64,000 nucleotides of DNA, from assembly GCA_963804995.1 (NCBI GenBank), contig CAWDSK010000005.1, positions 256,001 to 320,000 of the forward strand. The letters run 5' to 3'. The translations under genes and the position numbers were made by a program. The DNA is from an uncultured Acidobacteriota bacterium. Lineage in GTDB: Bacteria > Acidobacteriota > Terriglobia > UBA7540. A model generated the notes under the pieces. That model did no database searches. It saw only the letters and a list, made by a program, of their open reading frames with translations, and had not been told where the DNA came from. Shown one piece after another: positions 1 through 10,798 of the stretch; the stretch's first letter is position 1; each line of letters begins with the position of its first letter.

Positions 1-266
1 CGGACGCGCGAGACCGACGAGATCTCCAAAGACTCGAAGACCGGATACACGCTCACCCGGTCTCCATCCCGCACCGGGTAAGAGAAGTCGACCGGCTTGC
101 CGTTGGCGAGCACGAGGTCCACTTCGGTATGAGGCACGCCGAAACTCTCGACGAAGTCCTTCACTGAACCGCTCACACTAAAATAACGCGTGAGCTCCTT
201 CCCCCGGTTCTCCTCAAGGAGAAGATCGTTCAGTTCGGCATAGAAGCGGAACCGCGCCGCGCTCAT
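1..266 (-). CDS. Mut7-C ubiquitin-like/RNase domain protein, N-terminal part (runs off window start)
   Basis: Manual translation from ATG at 266: MSAARFRFYAELNDLL...SVKDFVESFGVPHTEVDLVLANGKPVDFSYPVRDGDRVSVYP matches the Ub-Mut7C motif; absent from the ORF track because it is truncated. Confidence 0.85.
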   Translation of the reverse strand, partial: MSAARFRFYAELNDLLLEENRGKELTRYFSVSGSVKDFVESFGVPHTEVDLVLANGKPVDFSYPVRDGDRVSVYPVFESLEISSVSRV

Positions 267-338
267 AAGGTTACATAGTCTCCGCACCGGCACTGCCCTA
301 CTCATATCGTAACGCGACGATAGCCTAAACCTTCGGGG

Positions 339-690
339 CTAGCACGTGATGTGTAAGACCGCGTTCGTGTCATCGATGTCCTGGTTGAGCATCTCGATGG
401 CTTGGGCAGTGGGAAGAATGAAACAGTTCGATCTTGCGCTCCTCGGCTTCGCGCTTCACGTCCTTCATCACTGGCAGACCACCATGGGCGCCTGTGCCCA
501 CAACAAGGCGACGGCATTTCCACGGTATGTCCTCTTTGACGGAAAGGGGGGTGTGCGCGAATTCATCGCGGAATTTCTTGGACGGCTTCTTGTCGCGCTT
601 TCGAATCTTCCCGCGATCGACTACGACGTCGTGCTCATAGACGGTGTCATCAATCTGGAGGGAACCAAAGCAAAAGTCATGAAATCGCAT
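339..690 (-). CDS. Mth938-like domain protein, with an apparent 1-nt insertion near 421
   Basis: MRFHDFCFGSLQID...HTPLS...LVVGTGAHGGLPV; removing one base at ~421 restores the C-terminus ILPTAQAIEMLNQDIDDTNAVLHITC*. Confidence 0.75.
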
Positions 691-804
691 CGGAATCTCC
701 TCCCGTAAATTCCACTCTCGGTATTCACCGGTCGGCCGCGCGGTGACCAAAGTGAGGTCTTCGGGTCAGCGGTCCAATCACCGGGTGCCCCGGTTGCGAT
801 CCTG

Positions 805-1746
805 TTATGGGTTAAGGCACCTAAGGCCCTCACGGCGGGCCTCATCGAGCGCCTGCTCGTACTCGGCCGGCGTCACGCGCCGGCCGATCTCTGCATATTC
901 CTGACCTGTGACTTTTCCTGCCGGATAGTACTGCGGCATCAGGTTGACGTAAGTCGTGGGCGAAAGCTCCTGGGCGATCCAGTTCATGACTTGGCGCGTG
1001 CCGGCAATATCTCGCGGCATCACCAGATGACGAATGAGCAGTCCGTGCTTCGCGAGACCGTGCTCGTCGAGCAGGAGGTCACCCACCTGCCGGTACATTT
1101 CCTTGATCACCCGCCGCGCCACCTGCGGATAGTCAGGCGCCCGTGAGTATTTACGGGCCATCTCGCTATCCCAGTACTTGAAGTCAGGCATGTAAATGTC
1201 GACGATCCCGTCGAGCAACTCCAGGCTCTCGCTCGAGTCGTAGGCGCTGGTGTTGTAAACGAGAGGCAGGCGGAGTCCCTTCTCGATCGCGACGGGCAGG
1301 GCTTCGATGATCTGCGGGACCACATGTTCCGGTGTCACCAAGTTGATGTTGTGGCAACCGTGATCCTGGAGTTCGAGCATCATGGCGGCCAGCCGTTCCG
1401 GCGGCGCGGGCGTCCCCCGCAGTTGCCAACTGATATCGAAGTTCTGGCAGAAGACACAGCGCAGGTTGCAGCCGGAGAAGAAGATCGTCCCCGAGCCTCG
1501 CCAGCCGCGGAGGCAATCCTCCTCGCCGTGGTGAGGGGAATGACTCGCTACCACGGCATAGCGTCCGGTCCGGCAAACCGCGAATTTGTTTTGGAGGCGG
1601 TCGACCCGGCAGTCCCGCGGACAGCCCGTGCAACAGCGCAGGGTTTTGACGGCGCGGTTGACACGGCTCTTCAGCTCACCGCTCTCAAATAGAGAGAGGT
1701 AGGCAGGGCTGAATCCTCGGCTCGCGGAAGTGGCGTCGACCAGCAT
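805..1746 (-). CDS. Radical SAM protein, PflX / PFL-activating-enzyme-like family
   Basis: CTGCPRDCRVDR, HHGEEDCL, GSGTIFFSGCNLRCVFCQN (CxxxCxxC), DIYMPDFKY, LIRHLVMP. Confidence 0.9.
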   Translation of the reverse strand: MLVDATSASRGFSPAYLSLFESGELKSRVNRAVKTLRCCTGCPRDCRVDRLQNKFAVCRTGRYAVVASHSPHHGEEDCLRGWRGSGTIFFSGCNLRCVFCQNFDISWQLRGTPAPPERLAAMMLELQDHGCHNINLVTPEHVVPQIIEALPVAIEKGLRLPLVYNTSAYDSSESLELLDGIVDIYMPDFKYWDSEMARKYSRAPDYPQVARRVIKEMYRQVGDLLLDEHGLAKHGLLIRHLVMPRDIAGTRQVMNWIAQELSPTTYVNLMPQYYPAGKVTGQEYAEIGRRVTPAEYEQALDEARREGLRCLNP

Positions 1747-1818
1747 AAGACTGGACCCCCGGCTGACTGAAAGTTTGAACAAGAAAAGACAACCTTGCCA
1801 GAAAACGGAACGGCGGTG

Positions 1819-2568
1819 CTACTTCGGCACTCTTTCACCTTCGGGCACCATGGGAACAAAGCGCACGGGCAGCAGGCTCTCGCGTTCCAGGCCTTTCGCC
1901 GTGCGGCGCAGGCGGATCAAATTCTGCACGTAGCGGCCAACCGGAACCACCATGCGGCCTCCCGGGCGGAGTTGCGCGACGAGCGCGGGCGGCACGTCGG
2001 GCGGTGCTGCCGTTACGATGATAGCGTCGAAAGGCGCCGCTTCCGGCCAGCCGCGGTAACCATCGCCGATCCGTACGCGCACGTTCGCATAGCCCATTTC
2101 CTTCAGCCGCGCCTCCGCCTCTCTGCCCAGCCGCTCGAGGATCTCCATGGAATAAACCTCGCCCGCCAGGAGCGACAGCACCGCCGCTTGGTAGCCTGAA
2201 CCCGTGCCGATCTCGAGCACGCGATCCTGGGGCTGCAATTCCAGGGCCTCCGTCATGAAGGCCACCACATAGGGCTGCGAGATGGTCTGCCCGAGGCCGA
2301 TGGGCAGAGGCGAGTCCTCGTACGCGGACGGCTGCATCTGCGGCGGCACAAACCGGTGGCGCGGAACTTTTCGAAGGGCCTCCAAGACGCGCGGGTCGCG
2401 AACCCCGCGGGCGAAAATTTGCTCTTGGACCATTCGCTCCCGTGCCTCACGAGTCTCCGGCAATTCTGCCGAGTCCGCGCGGGAACGCCACCTCCCCCGT
2501 CCCCGGACCTGCCCTCCGGCGGGGAAGAAAGGGTGTGAGGGAACAGGACAAATATCATTGAGAACCAC
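1819..2568 (-). CDS. pcm: Protein-L-isoaspartate(D-aspartate) O-methyltransferase
   Basis: VPRHRFVP, GQTISQPYVVA, VLEIGTGSGYQAA, APFDAIIVTAA, VRFVPM; start codon uncertain. Confidence 0.93.
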   Translation of the reverse strand: MVLNDICPVPSHPFFPAGGQVRGRGRWRSRADSAELPETREARERMVQEQIFARGVRDPRVLEALRKVPRHRFVPPQMQPSAYEDSPLPIGLGQTISQPYVVAFMTEALELQPQDRVLEIGTGSGYQAAVLSLLAGEVYSMEILERLGREAEARLKEMGYANVRVRIGDGYRGWPEAAPFDAIIVTAAPPDVPPALVAQLRPGGRMVVPVGRYVQNLIRLRRTAKGLERESLLPVRFVPMVPEGERVPK

Positions 2569-2719
2569 GCGAGGCTCTGGGGTGGGTTGCTGCGGCGCGG
2601 CTTCATGGCAACCTCTGCATGCATTTTAGCACCTCAACGAGAGCAAGGCGCGCCATAGGATAGCCATCTGACAAGGAACTGGGCTGCCATCTCCTGACCG
2701 CCCGCGGCAATCCAGTGCC

Positions 2720-3988
2720 TTACATTGCCCAGGGGCGTGACGTCTTGTAAGCTACAATCCGTTCGGGGAGCCAGTCCCTCAAGCGAGGGGCCAGGTAGAA
2801 CCGGGGCCAGAGCAGGTCGTCGTCCGGCCGGACCATCCCTTCGGCCAGCGCGGTGGCGGCCAGCGGAGTTTCCGGGTAAATCCGCACGCCGACCGTGACT
2901 TTCAGAGCGTCAAGATTCAGCGAGTCAGCGAACGCAAGGCTCTCCTCGACGCTCTCCCGGGTTTCGCCGGGACCTCCCAGCAGCAGGAAACCTCGGCGAA
3001 AGATGCCGGCGTCAGCAAACATCCTCGCCACCATTCGCACTTCCTCGGAATTGAACCTCTTGCTCAAGCTTGCCAGCATGGTGTCGGAGCCACTTTCGAA
3101 CCCGAGGCTGATTTCGCGACAGCCGGCCCGCGCCATCAGCTTCACTAACCCTGAATCGATCCATTTGGGGTAGATGATGCACCAGAAGTTAATCGTCAGG
3201 CCTCGTTCCACGATCTTCCGGCAAAGCTCTTTGGCATAGTCGGGCGGAAGGTTAAAGGTGTTATCGACAAAGTTGAAGTTGGTGAACCCGCACGCGGCGA
3301 GTTGCTCCAGCCATGCTGCGATGACTTCCGGAGAGTGGCTGCGGAAGGGGCGCCCTTCGATGGAGCTGGTCGAGCAATAGCTGCAATCCAAGGGACAGCC
3401 TCGGCGGCTCTGGACCGGAACCCAGAACTCGGATTTGCTGCGAACGGAAGGAATCCAGAGCCCGGACTCTGGGAGTGGGAGATCGTCCAGGTTGCTTGCG
3501 AAGGTTCTGTCAGCAGGCCGCTCGCCGGGGAGGTAGAGGCCAGGCAGTCCGGACACCAGCGCGCCCTTGGCCAGGCGTACGAGCAAGGCCGGGAAGGTTG
3601 TTTCTCCTTCACCCTGGATTCCCATGTCGGCTCCGAGGTAGCGCAAGGCGCTCTCGGGGAAAATGCTATAACCCGCCCCACCCACGATAATCGGAGCATC
3701 GCACAGGCGGCGGCAGGTCTTTACGACCTCGCGAACCGGGGGCAGGAGGAACTTCGGATCGGCCATGTTCTGGTCATCGATATTGCGCACCGAAATGCCG
3801 ATGACCTCAGGCCCGAATCCTTCGACGCCATCTTGGATGGCCGACAGCATGTCTCCCTCAAACATCAGATTCAGCAAAACCACGTCGTGGCCGGCTTTGC
3901 GGCAGGCGGCGGCCACCAGCGCCGGCCCCAACGGCAGCGGGAGGATGTTTATCCTCTCAATGTTCGCGGAGACGAGAAGAACCCTCAT
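2720..3988 (-). CDS. B12-binding/radical SAM protein (putative lipid-modifying)
   Basis: N-terminal cobalamin-binding domain (ISVRNIDD, VGGAGYSIFP), RGCPLDCSYC, FVDNTFN, LGFESGS. Confidence 0.88.
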   Translation of the reverse strand: MRVLLVSANIERINILPLPLGPALVAAACRKAGHDVVLLNLMFEGDMLSAIQDGVEGFGPEVIGISVRNIDDQNMADPKFLLPPVREVVKTCRRLCDAPIIVGGAGYSIFPESALRYLGADMGIQGEGETTFPALLVRLAKGALVSGLPGLYLPGERPADRTFASNLDDLPLPESGLWIPSVRSKSEFWVPVQSRRGCPLDCSYCSTSSIEGRPFRSHSPEVIAAWLEQLAACGFTNFNFVDNTFNLPPDYAKELCRKIVERGLTINFWCIIYPKWIDSGLVKLMARAGCREISLGFESGSDTMLASLSKRFNSEEVRMVARMFADAGIFRRGFLLLGGPGETRESVEESLAFADSLNLDALKVTVGVRIYPETPLAATALAEGMVRPDDDLLWPRFYLAPRLRDWLPERIVAYKTSRPWAM

Positions 3989-4730
3989 AATGTTGTTCGA
4001 GGGACGGCTGCCCCTCGCTCGCCACATCCGGCCGACGAGGGCAGCACCGCATCGAATCCCGTCGGGTGCTCAGATGGCGCCTTTATGCCACTTTGCCGAG
4101 TTCCTCGTGACCCTCAATGCGTTCACCCTCTCCCCCATCCGTTCCCCCCATTCCCTGATCGAGGGCCTGGAGGATAGCTTGCTCCTTGACGAGTTCCACT
4201 TTGCCCAGAATACTCAGCATCAAGTGCTCGGTATCAGTTGACCAAGCCGTCAGTGCAACTGCCCTTCGATCTATCTCGCCGACAAGCGGGCACCGGCAGG
4301 ATCTCCGCGCCGTCGCACGTCGAGGCGTCCAGCAATAGATTTTAGCTCAAGTGACTCGCCGCAGTGCGGCCAGTTGTTTCCTTCGAAGAACCCCTGAGAG
4401 GGCGCCCGGCCACGAACGGCTGATAGCGCCTGTGAAACGCCCTTCCATGACGGTGGGAAGGATCAACATCGCCCTCGTCACTAGGCCGTCGCCTAACCGG
4501 TGATGCGACCTTCATGGTACCGAAACGGGGTTAGGGATTGGGTGTTAGCTGTCGGCTGTTAGCTATCAGCGGGTAGCGCATCAGAGTCTCGCGCTCTCCG
4601 AGACTCTGCGGCTCGTCATTTGTTGCGCGTGACTGCCGATCACCGCTTACGACCTCCAGAGAAATCTGGTTGCCACGTCGCGTGTCATCACACTGTATTA
4701 CTATTACTTTGCATGTTTATCAAACTACGA

Positions 4731-4840
4731 ACCGCAGAGTGTAAAAGGCACACACTCTGCGCCAGCCGCCGTGTGTTAATAATACAGTGCATATTCATCA
4801 TATTAAGAACCGCAGAGTGTGAAAGGACCACACTCTGCGC
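4731..4840. repeat. Two direct copies of a hairpin, GCAGAGTGT...ACACTCTGC, in an AT-rich spacer
   Basis: Copies at 4734-4760 and 4811-4839. Confidence 0.7.
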
Positions 4841-4941
4841 TACCCTACTCCCCTCCTGGTTCAGGAGGGGTGGCGCCCGGGGCGACGGGGTGGTCGGGTA
4901 ATCGTACGGGTCGCCGCGGCTACCCCTCTCAATTTCTGGCA

Positions 4942-6099
4942 TTACTCTTGCAGATTACGGACAATGGCTTCGCGCGCGACATCGAGTGCGGAGCGGATGG
5001 CGCCGTAGGTTTGCGCCTTGTCCTCAAGCGAGCTCAGTTTAATCGGCGGCGGATTCGGCTGGAGACGATGCACCACCTTCTCCACAGTCTCCATCATGAA
5101 TTCGGGAGCGCCCTTCGTGATGCCGCCGCCCAACACGATAAGGTCAGGGTCAAGAATCCCCACCAGATTCGCGACCCCGACTCCCAGCATGATGAAGATC
5201 TTCTCCAGAACCGCGCGTGCTTCGTTGCTTCCCTGGCGGAAAGACTCAAAAACGAAGTAGGCATCGCGTTCCTGTGCCAGGCCGGCGGCTCCAGACTGAG
5301 GAGGCATTGCCAACAATTTCCGTCCTTCCATCGCGATGCCCATACCCGAGACGTAGTACTCAAACTGGCCCGTCTCCGGAAATTCCATGTCCCAGGTCTG
5401 CCAATCGATGTTCGTCCTGAACAGTTCACCGGCTGCCCCCAGCCGTCCCCGATAAAGCTTGCCGTCGATAATCAAACCGGTGCCCACACCTGTCCCCAAT
5501 GCGATGAAGACGAAGTTGTTGATGCCACGCGCCACGCCCCTCCAATGCTCGCCCAGGGCCGCCATGTTCGCGTCATTTTCCATGAAAACCGGAATATGAA
5601 ATTCCCGTTCCAACTCCCGGGCAAGGTGAATTCGCTCCCACCCCGGAAGGTTGTTTGCGAACGTGACCACTCCGTGCTCCGTATCGACGGGGCTCGGGAC
5701 GCCGATGGCCATTGCCCGCAACCGCCCAGGCCCGGCTTTTTGCGCCAGGTCGCGGACAGCGGTCTTGATCTGACCAATCATCTTGCGGGGACCATCCTCA
5801 GGCTGGATTTTCACCGTCAGGTCATCCCGGATCTCGCCGGCAAAATCCGCCCAGGCAAAGTGGAGATGACTCCCACCCATATCGATGCCCGCCACATGAC
5901 CGAAATCAGGGTTCACGCCGATGCGGGTGCGGCCGCTCGCGTAGCAGCACAGACCTCTCTTGATAAGCGGCCGAATTTTCGCGGTCACGGACGAGGGCTC
6001 GAGGCCCAGGGTGCGCGAAAGCTGGCGGAGTGATACCTCACCGGATTCCGCAATCGCACGGAAGAGCCGTTGAACGGTCGATTCTGATTTCGTGCGCAT
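4942..6099 (-). CDS. ROK family transcriptional regulator (HTH + sugar-kinase fold)
   Basis: N-terminal wHTH, GIDMGGS, IGVPSPVD, MENDANMAALGE, LGTGVGTG, AAGE, LGGGI. Confidence 0.9.
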   Translation of the reverse strand: MRTKSESTVQRLFRAIAESGEVSLRQLSRTLGLEPSSVTAKIRPLIKRGLCCYASGRTRIGVNPDFGHVAGIDMGGSHLHFAWADFAGEIRDDLTVKIQPEDGPRKMIGQIKTAVRDLAQKAGPGRLRAMAIGVPSPVDTEHGVVTFANNLPGWERIHLARELEREFHIPVFMENDANMAALGEHWRGVARGINNFVFIALGTGVGTGLIIDGKLYRGRLGAAGELFRTNIDWQTWDMEFPETGQFEYYVSGMGIAMEGRKLLAMPPQSGAAGLAQERDAYFVFESFRQGSNEARAVLEKIFIMLGVGVANLVGILDPDLIVLGGGITKGAPEFMMETVEKVVHRLQPNPPPIKLSSLEDKAQTYGAIRSALDVAREAIVRNLQE

Positions 6100-6314
6100 G
6101 AGATTTCCAGTAGTGGTACGGCTATCCGTGGCGGCCATCCCTGATCGCCGCCGGGGAATTCGACGGTCAGAGACCAATGCTCTCCAAACTGGACAACTAC
6201 TTAATTTCCCGACGCGGCAGTTTGCGGCAGCATCTCCCGATGACAGGCTATGCATTTCGGGCCTGCGGGTCAATAGATGAGTTGGTAGTGTCCTGATTTG
6301 ACGTAGCGCCGGGC

Positions 6315-6412
6315 TAATGGTTTTTGAATTTATAAGTTGCAAATTGTTTCGACGCCCTGCGGGTGTAAGTAACCCCTCATCCGGCCTCCTACGTCAGCCA
6401 CCTTCTCCCCTG
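6315..6412. repeat. Left half of a ~200-bp palindromic MITE/REP-like element interrupted by the IS1182-like element (right half at 8118-8251)
   Basis: Near-identical to the intact copy at 10929-11127 (taatggttttgaatt...aacccctcatccg...ccttctcccctg). Confidence 0.8.
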
Positions 6413-8117
6413 GAGCTTGTGACTTTTTCGAAGCCACCGTTACGCGGTGGGGCGGGTCAGGTAGTGGGCAGCTTGGGAAGTGCGCGAGAGGGCTCCCCTT
6501 GGCCGGTGGAGCGGTGCCGCGCGGCAAGGAGTACCGGGGGAATCCGCCCTACACCCGTGCCCGGTACGGCTGGGCAGGGCTTGGTTAGCCCAGCAACAGG
6601 GGCGCGAAGTGCATCACGTTGTAAGCCAGGGCGCACCACAGTGCCACGCAGCGTGCCTTGGCCAGCCCGCGCACCAGGATGCGGCCCAAACCGCGATAGG
6701 TGCGCAAGTCGGCGTTGACGGTTTCACTCGTCGCCGCTCTCTGCTGATAGATTTTCTTTCCCTCCTCACTTTTCATGCGTTGCTTCCACTCTCGTACGGC
6801 CTCGCTGTCGCCCTTCTGGGGCTCCAGTTCCTTCCCCCGCTTCTGACGATTTTGCGCCGTGTGCGGCGGGATGAACAGCGCCACGCCCTGCGCGTGTGCC
6901 GCTTCCAAGTCTTCCTTGCGCAGGTACCCGCCGTCCAACAAGTGCTCTTCCACCTTCCCGCCCGTGCGCTGTTCCACCTGTTCCCGCAGCGGCGCGCTCA
7001 GTCCTCCCGAGTCCGAACCTTCCGCGCTCACCTCCACCCCCACAATGGCGCGGCTCTCCGGGTCCGCCGCCAACTGCACATTCACCGCCGGGTCGTAGCC
7101 CCCGTTGGGCATCTTCATGATGCGCGCTTCCGCATCCGTCGTGCTCACCCGCGGAGGCTGCGCCGCAATCTCCTGGCCCCGTTTTCCCCCCGTCCGCTTT
7201 ACCCTTGCGGTGTGCCGGCGTTGCAGCTCCGGCAGTTGCGCAATCGCCTCCTGCAGGCGTTTCTGCCGCTCCTGCGCCGCCCGCTTCCGCGCCGCCGCTT
7301 GCCGCGCGCTCAGCCCCGCTCCTTCCGGCGACTCCAGTTGCCGTCTCAACTCCGCCACGTGCCGTTCCGCTTCCCCCAGCAGTTCCTCCAGCCGCCTTTC
7401 CCGCCGAAAACTCTTCTTCCCCGCCCCCACCCGCACCCGCATTCCGTCCTGGCTGATGCGGCTGACCTTCACCACTCCTTTATCCACCAGAGCAGCGATC
7501 ACTTGCGTGAACAGGGTGTCCAAGGCCTCGGCGTGATCGGTGCGAAAGTCCGACAGCAAACGGTGGTTCACCGTCACCCCTCCGCACAGCCAGCGAAAGG
7601 CCGCATGCTCCTGGCACTGCCGCGCCAGTTCGCGCGCCGCACCGATGCCCCGCACACAGGCGTATAACCACAGCGACACTAAAAGCTGGGGATCGGTCGC
7701 GTCCCGTCCAGCCCCTCCTTCCCGCGCCTTGATCGGCAGGCGGAACGCCGCTAAGTCCAAGCGCTCCACCACCGCCGCCACCCGCCGCACCCCGTGCCCC
7801 GGCCCCACCAGATCGTCCGGACATTGCGCCACCCAGGCCATCTGCTGGCGCTCCGGCCGGCGCAAACGCACCGCCCCGCGCCGCTCTGCTGCCCCCTTCG
7901 CGCCCTTCTCTTCCTTTCCTTCCGCTTCCTGACCTACCGCCGGTTCCATTCCTAATTTAAAATCATCTGAATGTAAAACGTTGTCCATAACATTTATATT
8001 AATACAAGTACCGACCCAACCGCCAGCTTTTTTCTCTCTCCGTACCTCCGCTCCCGATTTTCTGCCTCCTCCCCCCACCCATCCCCCCTCACTGGTGACC
8101 CAAAAAGTCACAAGCTC
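6413..8117 (-). mobile_element. IS1182-like insertion sequence
   Basis: Perfect 16-bp terminal inverted repeats GAGCTTGTGACTTTTT (6413-6428) and AAAAAGTCACAAGCTC (8102-8117); CTG duplicated on both flanks; contains a transposase. Confidence 0.9.
6585..7949 (-). CDS. IS1182-family-like DDE transposase
   Basis: DUF772-like N-terminus (DPQLLVSLWLYA...ARELAR...FRWLCG...LSDFR), SQDGMRV, STTDAEARIMK, LLDGGY, YQQRAATSETVNA. Confidence 0.88.
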   Translation of the reverse strand: MEPAVGQEAEGKEEKGAKGAAERRGAVRLRRPERQQMAWVAQCPDDLVGPGHGVRRVAAVVERLDLAAFRLPIKAREGGAGRDATDPQLLVSLWLYACVRGIGAARELARQCQEHAAFRWLCGGVTVNHRLLSDFRTDHAEALDTLFTQVIAALVDKGVVKVSRISQDGMRVRVGAGKKSFRRERRLEELLGEAERHVAELRRQLESPEGAGLSARQAAARKRAAQERQKRLQEAIAQLPELQRRHTARVKRTGGKRGQEIAAQPPRVSTTDAEARIMKMPNGGYDPAVNVQLAADPESRAIVGVEVSAEGSDSGGLSAPLREQVEQRTGGKVEEHLLDGGYLRKEDLEAAHAQGVALFIPPHTAQNRQKRGKELEPQKGDSEAVREWKQRMKSEEGKKIYQQRAATSETVNADLRTYRGLGRILVRGLAKARCVALWCALAYNVMHFAPLLLG

Positions 8118-8311
8118 CTGGGGAGAAGGCTATGATCTCAGGGCGGCTACGGCGCCGCACCTTACCTTGAGCAACCGCCCTCTCCGAGGGGAGAGGGTGG
8201 ACCGCAGCCGGCGTCTTCATCAGCCGGGGCGGGACGGGTGAGGGGTCACTTGGGGCTTCTTTCCAAACTAGGACACCACCGAGGAGTTATCTGGTTGGCA
8301 CTGAATTCCAT

Positions 8312-10798
8312 TCAATGGCGTGCCGCACCAACTTCCCGCAAATGTTTGCGAACCTGGTCGGCGTCGGGAGCGGTGGGGGCGAGCTGCAGGTAGGCCTCAT
8401 ACTCCTGGCGGGCGCGTGCCATTTGCCCAGCGCCCTCCAGAGTCACCGCAAGGTTGTAATGGGCGTTGGGAACCTCCGGATGCAGGCGGATAGCTTCTTC
8501 GTATTCGTGAATCGCACCCGGGAGGTCGTTCTTGTTCTTCAAGGCATTCGCCAGGTTCAGGTGGGCGCTCGCATCCTGCGGCTGCAACCTGAGATATTCG
8601 CGATAGTTCGAAATGGCTTCATCAAGATTGCCCTGCTGGCGGAGCGCATTGGCCAGTGCCAGGCGCGCGTCAGCGTAATCAGGCTTGGAGCGCAGGGCTT
8701 CCCGATATTCCTGGATGGCCTCATCCGCCTTGCCTTGATGCAGCCAGGTATTACCAAGGCTGAAATGACCTTCCGGGAGATTGGGTGTGACGCGCAGGGC
8801 CGCCCGTGCCTCCTCGGCGGCCCCCGCCGGGTCGTTAAGATGGGTAAGGGCGCTCGAAAGGTTCATATGCGCCTCCGACCAACCCGGGCGTGCCTTTATT
8901 GCGGCGCGAAAGGCTTCAGCAGCGCCTGACCAGTCCTCCGATTGGCTGAGAGCGAGCCCCAGATTCTCTTCCGTTTGGGCGTCCTCATGGCGCCTCAGGC
9001 TGTCACGATAGGCGTCGGCGGCGCCCTTAAAATCCCCTCGGCCATAAAGAGTGTTTCCCAACTCGCGGAGAAAGTCAGCACTCGTGGGATTCAGGTGCAC
9101 GGCTTCGCGGTCCTCCGCGATCGCGCCCTCCGTGTCCCCATTCTGGCGCAAGGCATTGGCCAGGGTCACGTGCAGGCTGGGATCATCCGGCCGCAAGCGC
9201 AGGGCGTCGCGATAGGTGGGCACCGCCAGCGCGAAATTCTTCTCCTGCATATAGAGATCCCCCAAAGCCACCAGGGCTTCGGCGTAGCCTGGCCGCAGAT
9301 GGACCGCTTGTTCAAGCATCTCGCGAGCCTGCTGCGGCTTGCCCAGAGCCTCTAGAACGAGTGCCGTCCGAAAGTGGAATTCCGGACTCTGTGGCTGAAG
9401 CTGCAACGCAACTTTATACTCTCCCAGCGAGTTCTGAAGGTCGTTGGCAGCTTGATAGGCATTGGCGAGGTGCGCGTGCGCATCCGGGTCGTCGGGGCGC
9501 AAGCGGACTTCCTCGCGATATTCCTGCACAAAGCCCGCCACGTCACCGGAGGCTTGAAGCGCTTCCGCCAGGTTGCGATGGTAGGCAGCTTCGTCGCGGT
9601 CGAGTTCGACCGCCTGGCGGAGTTCACGAACCGAATCGGGCAGGTCACCCGTCTTGCGGAGAACCAACCCCAAAGCTTCATGTAGCGCCGGATCCCCGGG
9701 TCTCAGCCGTATAGCCTCATGGTATTCGCTGACGGCGGCTGCGTGGTCACCCGTGGAGAGATAGGCGGCGGCCAGTTCCGCGTGTGCCGTGGGATTGTCA
9801 GGCCGCAGATTGATGACGCGCTGAAATTCCTTAATGGCGCCGCCATAGTCGCCCGCCTCGCGCAAGCCCAGGGCCAGAGTAAAACGGTAATCGGGCTGGT
9901 CGGGGCGCAGTTGCACCGCTTGCCGGTATTCCTCCACGGCGTGTATCAAGTCGCCATTCGCGTGCAGGGCGGCGGCCAGGCTCATGTGAAGATCGGGGTC
10001 GTTGGGGCGCAGGCGGGAGGCCGCGCGATACTCATTGATGCCCTCCGTAATATTACCTGATTGGGTCAGGGCCGTAGCGAAACCGGCATGGGCGTCAGGG
10101 TTCTTGGGGTCTGATTCCAAGGCCCGGCGAAATTCCTCGATAGCCCCCGTGGCATCGCCGGATTGAATGAGGGCGCTCGCCAGGGAAACACGGACTTCCG
10201 CATCGTGCGGGGCAAGCGCCAGAGCGGTGCGATATTCCGGAATCGCCTCACTGAAGGCGCGGCTTGCGGTGAGCGCGTTGGCCAGAATCACATGCGCGTC
10301 CACATTGGCGGCGTGTAAGCGAACCTCGGCGCGATATTCTTGGATGGCCGCGGGAAGGTTCCCGGCAGATTCCTCAAGGGCGCCGATATTCATGTGGACT
10401 CCCGGGAAATCCGGCCGCAGACGGAGCACTTCCTGATACTCCTGCAAGGCCTCGCCAGTCTTCTGCTCAGCCGCATAGGCGTTGCCGAGGTTGTAATGTG
10501 CTTCGGTGTAGCCAGGTCTGAGGTCCAGGGCCTTCTTATACGACACAATCGCCTGGTCCCATTTGTTCAGGCGCGCCGACTCGTTGCCTTGCTTGAAAAA
10601 ATCCTCCGCCGTTAATGAGGAAGCCTCCGCAGGCGCTTTGGGATTCGCGACCGGGGATTGGGATGCGGGGGCTTGTGCCACCAACGAATCGAGACAGGTC
10701 AGCGACATCATCGTGGCAACGCCCAAAAGCAGAATGGCACTTCTCCCCAAATGCAGACCCATGGCCGCCCCTCTCGGATGCATACTCATAGGATACAC
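8312..10798 (-). CDS. Large secreted tetratricopeptide-repeat protein
   Basis: Hydrophobic N-terminal signal followed by ~20 TPR units (e.g. AHYNLGNAY...EALQEYQEVLRLRP). Confidence 0.9.
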   Translation of the reverse strand: MYPMSMHPRGAAMGLHLGRSAILLLGVATMMSLTCLDSLVAQAPASQSPVANPKAPAEASSLTAEDFFKQGNESARLNKWDQAIVSYKKALDLRPGYTEAHYNLGNAYAAEQKTGEALQEYQEVLRLRPDFPGVHMNIGALEESAGNLPAAIQEYRAEVRLHAANVDAHVILANALTASRAFSEAIPEYRTALALAPHDAEVRVSLASALIQSGDATGAIEEFRRALESDPKNPDAHAGFATALTQSGNITEGINEYRAASRLRPNDPDLHMSLAAALHANGDLIHAVEEYRQAVQLRPDQPDYRFTLALGLREAGDYGGAIKEFQRVINLRPDNPTAHAELAAAYLSTGDHAAAVSEYHEAIRLRPGDPALHEALGLVLRKTGDLPDSVRELRQAVELDRDEAAYHRNLAEALQASGDVAGFVQEYREEVRLRPDDPDAHAHLANAYQAANDLQNSLGEYKVALQLQPQSPEFHFRTALVLEALGKPQQAREMLEQAVHLRPGYAEALVALGDLYMQEKNFALAVPTYRDALRLRPDDPSLHVTLANALRQNGDTEGAIAEDREAVHLNPTSADFLRELGNTLYGRGDFKGAADAYRDSLRRHEDAQTEENLGLALSQSEDWSGAAEAFRAAIKARPGWSEAHMNLSSALTHLNDPAGAAEEARAALRVTPNLPEGHFSLGNTWLHQGKADEAIQEYREALRSKPDYADARLALANALRQQGNLDEAISNYREYLRLQPQDASAHLNLANALKNKNDLPGAIHEYEEAIRLHPEVPNAHYNLAVTLEGAGQMARARQEYEAYLQLAPTAPDADQVRKHLREVGAARH

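Noticed and set aside
4819..7667. Long antisense ORFs (4819-6033, 6480-7667; likewise 25089-26516, 51475-53127 and others)
   Set aside because: Shadow ORFs opposite well-supported genes in GC-rich DNA, with no recognisable motifs
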